A DNA stretch of 62,231 nt, filler included, from Rhabdomonas costata (taxonomy: Eukaryota), in the NCBI GenBank assembly GCA_019059605.1. It is 31 parts of 31 records of this genome, joined end to end, with 100 filler letters (N's around TTAATTAATTAA, not from the genome) between each part and the next. Parts side by side here need not be neighbours in the genome. Positions count along the whole stretch, not along the records: positions 48,261 to 50,171 come from JAHMHO010007482.1; positions 50,272 to 52,181 come from JAHMHO010007483.1; positions 52,282 to 54,191 come from JAHMHO010007484.1; positions 54,292 to 56,201 come from JAHMHO010007485.1; positions 56,302 to 58,211 come from JAHMHO010007486.1; positions 58,312 to 60,221 come from JAHMHO010007487.1; 25 more parts are not named here. One strand, given 5' to 3'. Under the pieces are notes generated by a model. It was not told the DNA's origin. It saw only the letters and a list, made by a program, of their open reading frames with translations, and searched no databases. Below, piece after piece: positions 49,137 through 60,321 of this stretch (positions are counted from its first letter, which is position 1; each line of letters opens with the position of its first letter). A program made the position numbers and the translations under genes.

Positions 49137-49378
49137 ATGTACTCCAGCAGCCGCAGTCGTCACAGTGGCGGGAGCTCCGCCAGTCCCTCGAAGAACCAGC
49201 ACCAGCCCTCTCCTCAGCAGCAGCCCAGGCTCTTCCCTGCCTCGCAGCAGTCCCCCCAGCAGGTGAAGCTGCAGCAGCAATCGCCGGCCTCAGCTAAGGC
49301 CTTCGCGGCATCGTCCCCGGTGGCGGCAACTTCCCCTGTGGCCGCCATTCTGCAACCTACCACAGCTTCTCCTTCCAG
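49137..49378 (+). CDS. Ser/Pro/Gln-rich low-complexity probable first exon
   Basis: ttgcag at 49100, then MYSSSRSRHSGGSSASPSKNQHQPSPQQQP...; GC-rich codons; 3' boundary uncertain. Confidence 0.35.
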
Positions 49379-50373
49379 GCTTGCATTGCCTCTACCACCC
49401 GCACATACATACACATACATTTACTTGCCCTTTCGGGATCGCACACAGTCGTGAAACCCGCGAAGTGCGACCGGCTCCTAAAAAAGAACCCCAGGGCTCC
49501 GGGGCTGGTAGAAAATCACCCACCCACCCACACATGCACACACACACACTTCAAGACAAGAATGAAAGAAATTGAAAATGTATATCCCCCTCAGATTTGT
49601 TTCTTCTTGTTAATTGTTTGTATTTGGTGCTGCACCCCAGACTCTTCAGGAACTCCTGTGCCTCTGCCGCAGCTGCCGTGTTTTTTCCCTCTTAAAAAAC
49701 GAGAAAGAATGAAGAGAGAAGCCTCCACGGCGCACAATCACGTGAAGAGAGGCCAGATTTCGGTGTCGGTGACACTAAAGTACCTTGGGGGCCTGGACAA
49801 CGGCAGTTTTCCACGCATCCACTCCATTGATATCGTCCCAGGAGCTTTTTTCAATGGGTTGTGCCCTGGTGCCGTCATGCTTGCGCTTGTGCTTTTGCGC
49901 CATTGTTGCTGCCGTGTAAATCCCGTGTGCATCCAACCCTCTGCTTTGCGCAACTGCTACTTTTGCACCCCGTTTGTGCGGGCATGCCGTGGATATCGTT
50001 GCCTCTCTTGTGCCCTGCTGGTTCTGTTTGCAACCCTTCTGCCTGTCAGCCTGCAGACCTCGCCTGGCGCCTCCCTCCCGGCGACCATTCCTGCCACGGG
50101 CTGGGGGTCTCCAGGCGCCTCGCTCGGTAGGGTGACCCCTACTCAAAGCAGGTATCACTTGCCCACCCCCCNNNNNNNNNNNNNNNNNNNNNNNNNNNNN
50201 NNNNNNNNNNNNNNNTTAATTAATTAANNNNNNNNNNNNNNNNNNNNNNNNNNNNNNNNNNNNNNNNNNNNGGTGTGCGAATATCATCGATAGCTTTTTG
50301 AAGGGCCGGGGCCAGTGCACTGACCAACGAGGGAGGATAAGGCAAAAGCAAATCTGTTTCATATTCTTCCAAG

Positions 50374-51886
50374 GTCCCCTGTGCTCGTTTCCGGTCCCAC
50401 TCCCGTGCGGAGCGAGACTCAGAACTTTACACAATACGGGCCTGGAGAGCTCAGCACGGAGCTTGCGGAGGCCGTGAACGCCAGCAATGCCTTCGACGGC
50501 ATGTACCCCGCGAAGTGTGACGGCCGCCCCTTCAGCCTGGCCCACTCGGTGCACTGGAAGCTCAGGCTGGCGCACCTCTTTCTGGAGCAGCTCGGGGTGG
50601 ACCACCGGGACACCCGTGAGGTGCGAACCTCACAGGGGCACTCGGACTACCCTGGGCAGACCGAGGAGGAGCGGAAAGAGCTTCCTGGGCTTCCCGTGGT
50701 GAAGCTGCGGGGCCATCTGAGTCATTCCAGCACGCAGAAAATCGAGATCTCTGCGAAAAATCTGGAAAGCTTGGTGCGTGTGTGTGTGATGTATGGCGAG
50801 AGTTGGTATGAAGGTGGCACTGTGGAAAGAAGTAGGCAACCAAGCCGACACGTGCACCCTCCCTCCCGCCGGCTCTCACCAGTGCCGGAATGGGAGCGAG
50901 GTTGCAGCTTGCAAGGATAGATTTTTTTGGCTCAGTAGTCACCTGAGCAGGTGCCTTGCTTTCGTGCGTCCTTCCGCCTCACCGCATATGTTCGTTAATA
51001 AGTTAATAAGGGGTGATTTAAGATACAACGCAGTCAGTTTTGGCGGGCGGTGTTTATCGGTGGTGCATGCACTCAAGCGCTGTGGTATGTGTAAAACTAT
51101 TGAGACGGAACGCTGTGGACAGGAGGAATCCGTGGAGAAAGCTCCCTTTTATTTTTCGGAATTAACAGACGATTAAACGTCGGTTTGCTCACGCAGTGAC
51201 CTTGGAGGGGAATTGGGGCCTAAGGTGAGGAAGCGATATCCTGAGGAAGCCGACAAGCTGCTGAAGGACTGCGGGTGCCGCGATTCCGATGGGAAGGCTG
51301 TGGAGGGCCCAGGCGTGCGCAGCCTGACCGAAATTTACGGCAACGGGACCTTCACCGTCACCATGGATGAGCTGCGGAAGCTGGAGCAGGATGTCAAAAT
51401 TCTGGTCGGGAAGGAACTTCCCTTGCGATTCTACCTCCGGCTGATCAACATTGTCTCCCGCGATAACAATGTGCAGGTTGACTCCCCCGGGTGATGCTTT
51501 TTATTTTTCACTTTGACTTTGCAACATTTCCATCCCATCCCTCCATTGAACGCCCTCTTGCAGTTCTACTACGAGAGGCGGGCAGTGCCACTGATGTGGC
51601 TGAGCCAGGTGGAGCCCCCGTGTGAGCTGGGGGAGCTGATCAAGTCCCTCCTGGACTCCCCTGAGAAGCGCAAGGCGCTGGGCTTTCGCGACCTGCGGCA
51701 CCTGCAGCGCACCCTGCTGCAGAGCCTGACGGAGCTCTCGACTCAGGTTTGCGTGGCCTGCCCGGGGTACTTTTTCGTGGGCAACGACAACCAGATCGAG
51801 GAGAAGCCGCAGTGCCCGGTGCTGTTTCTGTCCGCCGCGGGAATTGACTTCAACCAAGGGGGCTCGGCCCGCACAGAGTTGACAAA
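50374..51886 (+). CDS. Multi-exon protein of unknown family (exons about 50374-50773, 51197-51476, 51564-51886)
   Basis: Three long GC3-rich open blocks with AG/GT ends. The last two join in phase 0; the first two are phase-incompatible, implying a missed exon. Confidence 0.7.
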
Positions 51887-52288
51887 GTGTGTTGGTGCTT
51901 TCCTTATTTTTGGCATCGCTTGAATGCCAGAGGCTCTGTAAAGATAAAAGCAACTGTCTCAGACCGTGTAGCTATAGGATGTAGTATGTCAGAGTAATAG
52001 TGTACCTATTTTTCCATAATTGCCCTTCCCAGGGAAATGGGACATTAAACCAGCAGTGGCGAACGTCACTCCCTGCCGGCACTCCCTGCCGGCACTCCCT
52101 GCCCGAACTTGAGCGACCAAGTCGTTGGAAATGTTCTGTGGTGGTTGAGGTTTGTGCCTGCTTTTTTTCTGCTGTTCCCTCNNNNNNNNNNNNNNNNNNN
52201 NNNNNNNNNNNNNNNNNNNNNNNNNTTAATTAATTAANNNNNNNNNNNNNNNNNNNNNNNNNNNNNNNNNNNNNNNNNNNNGTGTTGG

Positions 52289-52460
52289 TTGAAGGTCATA
52301 GATGCCTTACGATCTTATTTTGGCCTCATGCTGGCTCAGGTAATGCCGCTGAGTAGCACTGCCCAATGCCCATCGCGCCCATCAGAATGACCATGCACAC
52401 CCGCATTACCTGAGCCAGCATGAGGCCAAAATAAGATCGTAAGGCATCTATGACCTTCAA
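52289..52460. repeat. Perfect inverted repeat at contig start (58-bp arms, 56-nt loop), fold-back chimera
   Basis: 52289-52346 is the reverse complement of 52403-52460; the loop is a truncated ABCB exon. Confidence 0.9.
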
Positions 52461-52990
52461 ACAATCGCAAACACTTTGACCATATCAAACATTTTCAAAA
52501 TATCCTCAACCGAATATTTGAGAGCAGCTCATGTTGACGGCTGCCTTCGCACCAGACCCAGAAACGTGGCCTGCAACTTGGTCGTCACAGCCGGGTGTCC
52601 TCTTTTCTCAATAGCATATCGTAAGTTTCGTGTTCGCGTTGTGTCACCAAAACCTCGGGCCAAAAAAATTTGTGAGCCCGCCAGACGCACCCAATATGTC
52701 AAAAAACAACCACCAACTGACGCAAGGGGTGTTGTAGAGTAGAGGGCATTGCTTTCCTGAATGTTCAAAAGCGCTTTGTTGGCGGATGACCGCACCACAG
52801 CATCACTGTGGTCTCCTCCCAGCAGTCCCAAGAATGCCCCGAAAACAAATGGTTGCACACTGTCCACCCCTCCACCTGAGCAAAGGTTGCTTCCCCGGTC
52901 GCGATCAGCTGCCCCCCGAACCAAAGGGAAAGAGCAAAGGCCCCGTACAGCAAGAACTGCGAGAACCCCGAGGAGAAGCCCCCGGAGAGC
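52344..52990 (-). CDS. ABCB/MDR P-glycoprotein transmembrane-domain exons (52990-52876, 52409-about 52340)
   Basis: In-frame GT-AG join LSGGFSSGFSQFLLYGAFALSLWFGGQLIATGEATFAQ|VMRVCMVILMGAMGIGQ, the last two helices of a P-gp TMD. Confidence 0.88.
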
Positions 52991-53150
52991 CTGAAAGCAA
53001 TCACCAGGAAAAAAGGAGAGAATTCACGCAAAAGAGCAAAAAGAAAAAGAAAAAGAAATAAAGAGAATTAATTAAAAGATCATATAGCACTTCAAAGAGC
53101 AGGGCATGTTCTTGAGAAAGATCCTCACACCACCGGTGATGAGATTACAG

Positions 53151-53884
53151 GTCGTGGTCCTGGGAAGTGCTGTGTTGGGGTGCACCACATGTCGGGTTAC
53201 GATGCCCTTTTGGGAGCAGAGGGCAGGACCTCACCCGTTAGTCCTCTCGTGGAAAGCAGCCAGGTGCTGGTCCTGATCGATCCCCCGTTCCAGTCGCTGG
53301 CTGAGTTTGATGAGGTGAGTGGGGCGGTGGTGGCGGCCCACAGGCGGTGGCCTTCCGCGGTGCTTGCCGTGTGGTACCCCGTGATGGTGGACTGGGGCGG
53401 GGACGTGGAGAAACTAATACAGAGGCTTCGAGCTGCAGGTGTCCGGGTGCTTGTTGCCCTCCAGTAATAGCGCTGATGGCGGGTGAGGTGGAGGGGGGTT
53501 AAAAAGCTACTAGGTGCTCGATGGAGTTTGCCTGTTTTCTCTCGCCTAAATGTTTTACCAGATAAGAACCGAGCTTCTGCCGTCCCTATGTTGAAATACA
53601 ATGCAATCATCTGCTGCCTTCAGCAAATCGGTGGGTAGTCAATGGCTCGACTCTGTGACAAGCTGATTTGCCCTTTCTCAGGAGTTTCAAGCGTACTGAA
53701 TGCGGAGCTGCTCTTGGAGCGCCCCACAAACTCGTCATCTCGGATGCTGGGCACTGGAATGCTTCTGGTGAATCCCCCGCTGACCGTGCAAAAGGCCCTG
53801 CCACGGCTGATGCAGTATCTGGGAAGTACCTTGCCTGTCACCTCAACACAGCTTTCCAGATGCAGGGTGCAGTGGTTCAGATAA
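53151..53884 (+). CDS. rlmJ: RlmJ-family rRNA adenine-N6 methyltransferase, last two exons (53151-53438, 53682-53884)
   Basis: VHHMSGYDAL...VLVLIDPPFQ...AHRRWPSAVLAVWYPV...G|VSSVLNAEL...MLGTGMLLVNPP...VQW*; all C-terminal RlmJ motifs in order, with an in-frame 243-nt GT-AG intron. Confidence 0.9.
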
Positions 53885-55353
53885 CAGCCCACTCGTCCCA
53901 GTTCGATCACACCTCACTGCAGTGCTGATGAGCAGTGTAGTTTTCACTCCTCTCCACTGCTCATCAGCTATCTTATGTTCTCAGGGACGGGTGCATATTC
54001 CCTCCTTTTCGCCCACCACAAATTTGATGCTGTGAGTGAAGGGATTTGGAGGTGAGATTCAGCATATTCCTTTTTCTGACTGAGGTCATTCCAGGGTGCA
54101 GATACAGTAGACTATCGCTTGCGTCTCACCAAGCCATTCGTTACCATTAGGCTTTGCTTCTGCCAGATCATCTTCTTCGTTCCCCAAACCCNNNNNNNNN
54201 NNNNNNNNNNNNNNNNNNNNNNNNNNNNNNNNNNNTTAATTAATTAANNNNNNNNNNNNNNNNNNNNNNNNNNNNNNNNNNNNNNNNNNNNGGTGGTTTT
54301 TCTGAATGCCGCTAATTCCCACTTTTAATGTCAAACGGTCCACGTTTCCTTAGAGGATGGTAAAATATAGATGGCCAAATATTACATAAACTCTGTGCCA
54401 ATTTGACGCCTTTTCAACGGACGAATATCTTCATTTGACAAAGGCCCTGATAGGACATTGCTGGAGGAGCAGGACAGCAGTCCGTCAAACGGCGGGCGGT
54501 GCCGTGATGGCGGGGAAGGGTTTCGGTCGCCTCAACGGTCCTTAATGCTTGGCCCAATCTGGAAATCTGTTGGCGGCGATGCATGGTTCCAGGGATAAGG
54601 CGAATGATTCCAGGATGTCGTGGGCCACATTGACCCCTCCCTCCGCGCTCGGTGGCCCAAGAACGTTGGCCATCAATGATTCAGGCTACTTGGTGAGTTC
54701 TGGGTTTACAGAAAGCCATGGTGCCCCTGTACCCGTACTGGAGTAGTCGCACTACTCACAGGAACCCTTGCTTGGAAGGGTACTTGCGCAGTCAACTATC
54801 CCAGGGGGTGCTTGCATCGCCCTCTAGCCCCGCGCGAATCGTGCGCTCAAATCATATGGACGACGCCGTGGCCTCGAATCCAATGCAAACCCTCTGAAAG
54901 AATCACTGTTGTCATTCGCCGCCAGCGAGCAACAGGAGAACCCAGGTATCCCACCCCACTTCAACCCAGTCTTGCACGTGTATTACAGGGTGTTGCGTGC
55001 TCAATACGAGACTCCATACTTCATCAGGCTACTTGCGTACTTGCGGTTTGACATGTCTTGACAGGTCCTGGGTGCAAGGTGGGCTTGACCATCGCTGCAG
55101 ATGCGTCTCCGCAGCAAGATCCCTCGCGGTAGGAGGCGATGCCGAGGCTGGGCGATGAGCAGGTGCGACTACCGCAAAAACGGGTGTGCAGATGCTCAGA
55201 CGTGGATCCTGGCTCGCTCGAGGGAAGCACATGGGACACAGATCTTGCAGAGCGCCTTCCCATTGTTGGCCCACAGTTTTACGCACGTTCCAAGTGTTTT
55301 GATTTGATTTCGGTCACAACCCCTCCCCTACTCCCCCCGTGCCATCCACGCAC

Positions 55354-55601
55354 CTGCCGCAGACGTTGAAGCCGTTCAAGTGGTCCACAGCGTTCTTGGC
55401 ATCAAAGATGTCCTCGTACACCACGAAGGCCGTGCCTTTTGTCTCGGGGCTGACCCCGATCCGGATCTGCCGCACCGGCCCGAACTTCCCGAAGATGTCG
55501 TACATCTCCTCGCTGCTGATCTTGTACGGGAGGTTCCGCACGAAAATGCTCCGGCACACCTCCGGGGGAAGCCGGATATTTGCCCTGGCTCGGGCGGACA
55601 T
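55354..55601 (-). CDS. SF3B6: Splicing factor 3B subunit 6 (p14), first exon
   Basis: [10 protein letters not shown]...[28 protein letters not shown]...[29 protein letters not shown]; |gtgcgt donor. Confidence 0.97.
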
Positions 55602-56661
55602 TGATATAGAAACTCACACGGCACCACAGCACGAACACCACCCACTGCCACGGAATATGGATAGATTGTGCGCGCGCCTTCTTGGGAAGAGAGGAGACGT
55701 AAAGGTACTGCGAAGAGAAAAGAAGGCTTTCAAAAGGTCCCTCGAAAAAGACATTAAAGACCTTAATTAAGCCAACTTTGGGCGGTCAAATGTCGATAGT
55801 GGACCCACTGAAGTGTTGACACCACAATCGCCCGTGAAACCACAATCGCTCGTTCTTTGCCAACCAAAAATCATAACCTTCCAAACAGGAAGAAAATACA
55901 ATTATCGATAAAAATAAACAGTAGGACTTGAATTGCACTTCGAAAAACCACCCCGACACCTTAATTAAAGGCACAGCAGCTGAGCCACTGCAAGCCGCAC
56001 TGAGGCCTCAAAGAGCCGATTGAGTGGGCACTGCACAAAAAAAACAAGACTTTCGAAAGTTCCCGAAAACCTAACTAACGACCTTAAGACAAAGCATGGG
56101 GACATTGCGAGCCACCGAAAAGTAAAAAAAAACCTTTTTGCGAATCAAGTCATTTTCGGAAAGCACAGTCACCATTGCAAGGAAAACACCACACCAAACA
56201 CNNNNNNNNNNNNNNNNNNNNNNNNNNNNNNNNNNNNNNNNNNNNTTAATTAATTAANNNNNNNNNNNNNNNNNNNNNNNNNNNNNNNNNNNNNNNNNNN
56301 NTGTTTGTGGGGGAGAAAGGTCATCATGTTGCTAGTAACTGCCTGAGACTTTTCGGTACGTGTATGGTGTTCCGTACGAAAGACGATTTGAAATGGGTTT
56401 ATGACATTTTGTATCGCACATATTCTATTCTTTTTTTGTTCTGAACGCATTTTTGTTGTGCGCTGTGATTTTTTTACCCGCGCTGAGAGCTCTTCCACGA
56501 TATGTGGGAGGTTGGAACTCAAATGAGTATTCCCACAGAAGCTGGGCGCCGTACTTGCCGCAGGAGATTTTCACACTTTTCTCCAGTTTTATTTGCCAAC
56601 GGAATGACTGAGAGCAGCTGGGCTGTATTTCTTTTCATTTTTTTGCTTGGCCGCACGCCAG

Positions 56662-57909
56662 CATCAAGCGGAGAAGATCATTGACATGAGAGGGCCCCAG
56701 GTGCAGCTCTTATCCGACCTCAGTGGAGTGCAGAAAGTCATTGAGCAGCCTCAGATCGAGGGGTATGTGGCCCCGCACCTTCACCTCCTCCCTCCGAGGC
56801 TGTGGTTTGGTCACGCAAAATTAAAAAAAACCTGTCCACTTTTCCGAAGTAGAAGAGGCGCCTGGACTTTTTATTCCCTCCTTCTTGTTTTCTTCCTTAC
56901 TTTTTTTTATAGCTTGTGGTGTTTGCAAAAAAGTTCACCCGGTTGCCACCCCAGTTTAGCTGTATACCTTTATGTGTCATTGTTGCGCGGAATGCTTACT
57001 GGTGCGGGTTTATATGCCTTCCGATTCTGATCGTTGTTTGTTGCTTGTGCTTCTGTTTTTTTTGCCTGAATAAATTCCTTCGGTCCTCCCATTAAGTCAC
57101 GGGACAGAATCATAGTTGTGGTGTCAATGTGCGCGCGAGTGTGCGAGAGAATGCGCGTGGACGAGAAAGTGAATTGTAATGGTGCTGTGGTGCAGCTCTT
57201 TGAAGGAGCTCCGCCACAACGTCCACCTGCTACTCCAGATGACGGAATGGGACATGCAGATGCTGGACAGCAAGCTCAGCCACGAGCAGGCCCAGCTGCA
57301 AAGCCTCGAGAGGGTCCGGCGTGCTCACCCCTTGTTTGTTTGTTTTTACCGCGCCACCGCCATCCTTCGCATCCGATTTCCTTGGAGGGATGCTCGCTGA
57401 CTGGGTGGACATGACGCTCGTCGACGCTCTTTTTGAGGAGGCGCATGAGGTTCCAGCGGATAAGGGATGTGAATCTCGTTCACAGAGAATGTGCTGAGTG
57501 GCCACCTCTGGGGCCATCATAATCCTGTCTATGTATTTCGATCCCAGTCGTGCAGCATTGCCATCATGCGGTCAACGCTCAGTGATTAACGTTAGAATTC
57601 CTTCCTACACTAGAAGTCCACAGAAGCACTCACCGCTGCTGCTGGGAGTCATGCAATACATCCTCTCCACTCCCCACGCCCCGTCGTGTGTTCTGTTGTA
57701 TTGGGGGGATGCAGGAGAGCGGGCAGGTCTCCGCGGAGACGCTTCGGCAGGAGCGGGTGGTGGGTCAGTTGGAGGACCTCTCGCGGTGCCTTGCCCAGAT
57801 GCGCGCCCGGATCGACGCCGTGCCCACCTCGGCGTTCACCGCGGAGCCTGGCGCGGCCTCCCCGGAAATCAACCTGGGCAGCCTGGCCAGGGCCTTCGGC
57901 TCCTTCCAG
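56662..57909 (+). CDS. TFIP11: Tuftelin-interacting protein 11 / Ntr1 spliceosome disassembly factor, internal exons (56662-56762, 57196-57313, 57715-57909)
   Basis: KIIDMRGPQVQLL...LKELRHNVHLLLQMTEWDMQMLDSKLSHE matches kvIDM.G....l / pEL.HNl.ll....E.di...d..l..E; phases are consistent. Confidence 0.85.
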
Positions 57910-58340
57910 GTCCCTCCCTCACAGCAGACTGTTGACATGTCATGCACTCTCTTTATTCCTTTGGATTTCCTCGCACCGAAGCAGAGATTTCCTGTTTTTG
58001 CGCTTGAGCAACGAAGGGAGGGCGGGAAATAAAGGCAAAAAAAACGAGCTTGTGATGACTCGGTAACCTAAACAGTCATCGAAATCTCAGATCTTCCCTG
58101 CTGTTGGTTTGTGCCGTCAAGACCGCCGCCTTTGGAGAAGCATTTGCACTTTATCATCCTAGAAAAATGAGCCTCCATCGTCAGTCTTTTCTGAGAAGGA
58201 CCCCACAACACNNNNNNNNNNNNNNNNNNNNNNNNNNNNNNNNNNNNNNNNNNNNTTAATTAATTAANNNNNNNNNNNNNNNNNNNNNNNNNNNNNNNNN
58301 NNNNNNNNNNNGTGGTGGGTGTGTTTGGGTTGGGTGTGTG

Positions 58341-58372
58341 TTAGGGTTAGGGGTTAGGGGTTAGGGGTTAGG
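58341..58372 (+). repeat. Short telomere-like tract TTAGGG(TTAGGGG)3TTAGG
   Basis: Read directly near the contig start; the G-strand points into the contig. Confidence 0.75.
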
Positions 58373-60321
58373 TCCTAAGCAAACCCAAGGCTGATCTTGA
58401 CCAGCCAACGTAGCGTAGTCCCTGACCTAGTCCCCGACCTATAGTATGCCACAACCAAGCTGTCCCTATCTGCGGGGAAAGCAAGGGAAAAGGAGTGAAT
58501 TCAAATTGCCCCCCAGCATGACGCCGCCACGTTGTGCAAATCATTCGGAAAAATGGGTCGCCCACCACACACAACTTCAGTGCCCTTTCGCAACATAAGT
58601 GAGTCGGTGTATCTAATCTAGGACTGGCATGGGGGGTGGGGGGTGGGGCATATGGAGCAGGGTACCACATCGTTCCCCGCGCGAAAAAAAAAAACAGAGA
58701 CTCCCGCGGCGGCAGCGAGAGCAATGAGCTCCATTGTCCTGGGTAGATCCTTCAGATTAGAGTGGAGAACCAAAACCTACGCAACTTCACAAGAGCCCCT
58801 GCGGAGCAGACGTGGTGACAATCGAAACATTACAAATTGTGATGCAAGTTTTGCACGTTTTTGAGGCCAAACTAAACATAAGTAAACACCACACAACCCG
58901 AAAAAAACCTCACAGCCTCAGCTTCACACCATCCTGGAACCTCCGCTTCCCTCCAGTAAGGGCTCAAATCCGAACACATGTATCGCTCGTCACCAGTGGC
59001 AGTGAAGGAAGAAGAAAAAACAATGGGGGGATTCGTCCGTCCGATAGGTGGCCACCAATCAGGCAAGAGGGAGCAGGAAGCGCACACGCCTTGCGCAGGG
59101 TGGTCCGGTATTGGACCAAAAGCGAAAAAACTGGAACCGGGGGGAGGGGACAGTCTAGGGGAAGAGATGTGGCTCACAGCAACCCTCCCCGCACTGTGGC
59201 ACGGACCCCGCCAGCCGCGCCCACCAGCCAGACTCACTCACACCACAGCCGGGATCACCGGCCGTGCTGCCCCACACCTCGAGCCGCAAGGTTCCTGGCT
59301 TGTCCATTCTCTGGCTGCGGGAACCCACCATCAGGTCGGCGCAGCAGAAAAGCAGTATTTTCTTGACACAGGTAGATACATTCCACATGGCAGAGCGGAA
59401 CGATATCTTTTGCTTTTTTTTTGCCGGCTCAGATAAACAAAGTTATAGAAAGGCCAGGGAAACCCCAAGAAAAAAGGGGAGGGAGGCGGGAGGAATAGAA
59501 AAGCTTAGCCAAGACTTCGATACAAATCGCTGACAAACATCGCGGAGAGGGATGACGGGGGCGGACGGCGAAGGGCAGCCAACCCAAGGTGAGCACATGG
59601 GGAGGAACAAACAAAGAGAAAGTGTGGGCAGTAGAAAGATCACATGGCAGAGGTGCCGAGAAGATATCTATAGAAAGAGCTATCGAGCCAAGAGGGGTCG
59701 AGATCCTCGCAGAGTCAATGATAGCTGTAAAAATGGCAAGAAATAGAGAGGGGGGCAGGGAAAGGGTAAGTAGGGTAAGCGGGGGCCCAAGGCCACCTGT
59801 AGAAGAGTGGGAAAGAGCAACCGCCAAGGAGGGGCGAAGTCGAATTTCCGTCCTCAGCTGTAGAGGCCCACCTCAGAAGGGCGTGGGCATCCAACACCCT
59901 TGCCGACCGCAGTGCAGGAAGCCTGAACACCCGCTAAAAAGAAAGGGTAAGGTAGCAAGCCGCGGATATCCCTTGCAGTCAGTTTTCCATGTCATGCCCA
60001 ATATGCATCCGCAAAAACGGTCCGCGATGGAACCGCACCGTCTGTGAAAACAAAGGGCGGCCCCGCAGATGCTGTCAGTCCCTGCGCCAGCAGGAGGAAC
60101 TCGGCGGGGACCCAGCTGCTGAGCAGGCCAAGCATGCAACGAGTGTTAGAGAGAATAGAGAGTATTTACACGGAACGACTACAGAGCTCAAGAACCCGCA
60201 GACCTCAGGAAAACAAAAAACNNNNNNNNNNNNNNNNNNNNNNNNNNNNNNNNNNNNNNNNNNNNTTAATTAATTAANNNNNNNNNNNNNNNNNNNNNNN
60301 NNNNNNNNNNNNNNNNNNNNN

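Noticed and set aside
54998-55066. Second exon of SF3B6 (ends MKYGVSY*)
   Set aside because: It lacks the conserved YLVVLYY that must follow the first exon; the KYG similarity is probably chance.
58978-60221. Purine-rich ORFs as a retroelement next to the telomere-like tract
   Set aside because: No RT, endonuclease or gag motif could be identified.
1914-60321. Regularly spaced TTAATTAATTAA as a CRISPR-like or biological repeat; ORFs ending in X-runs or LIN
   Set aside because: It is a synthetic linker inside N padding, and those ORFs merely run into it.
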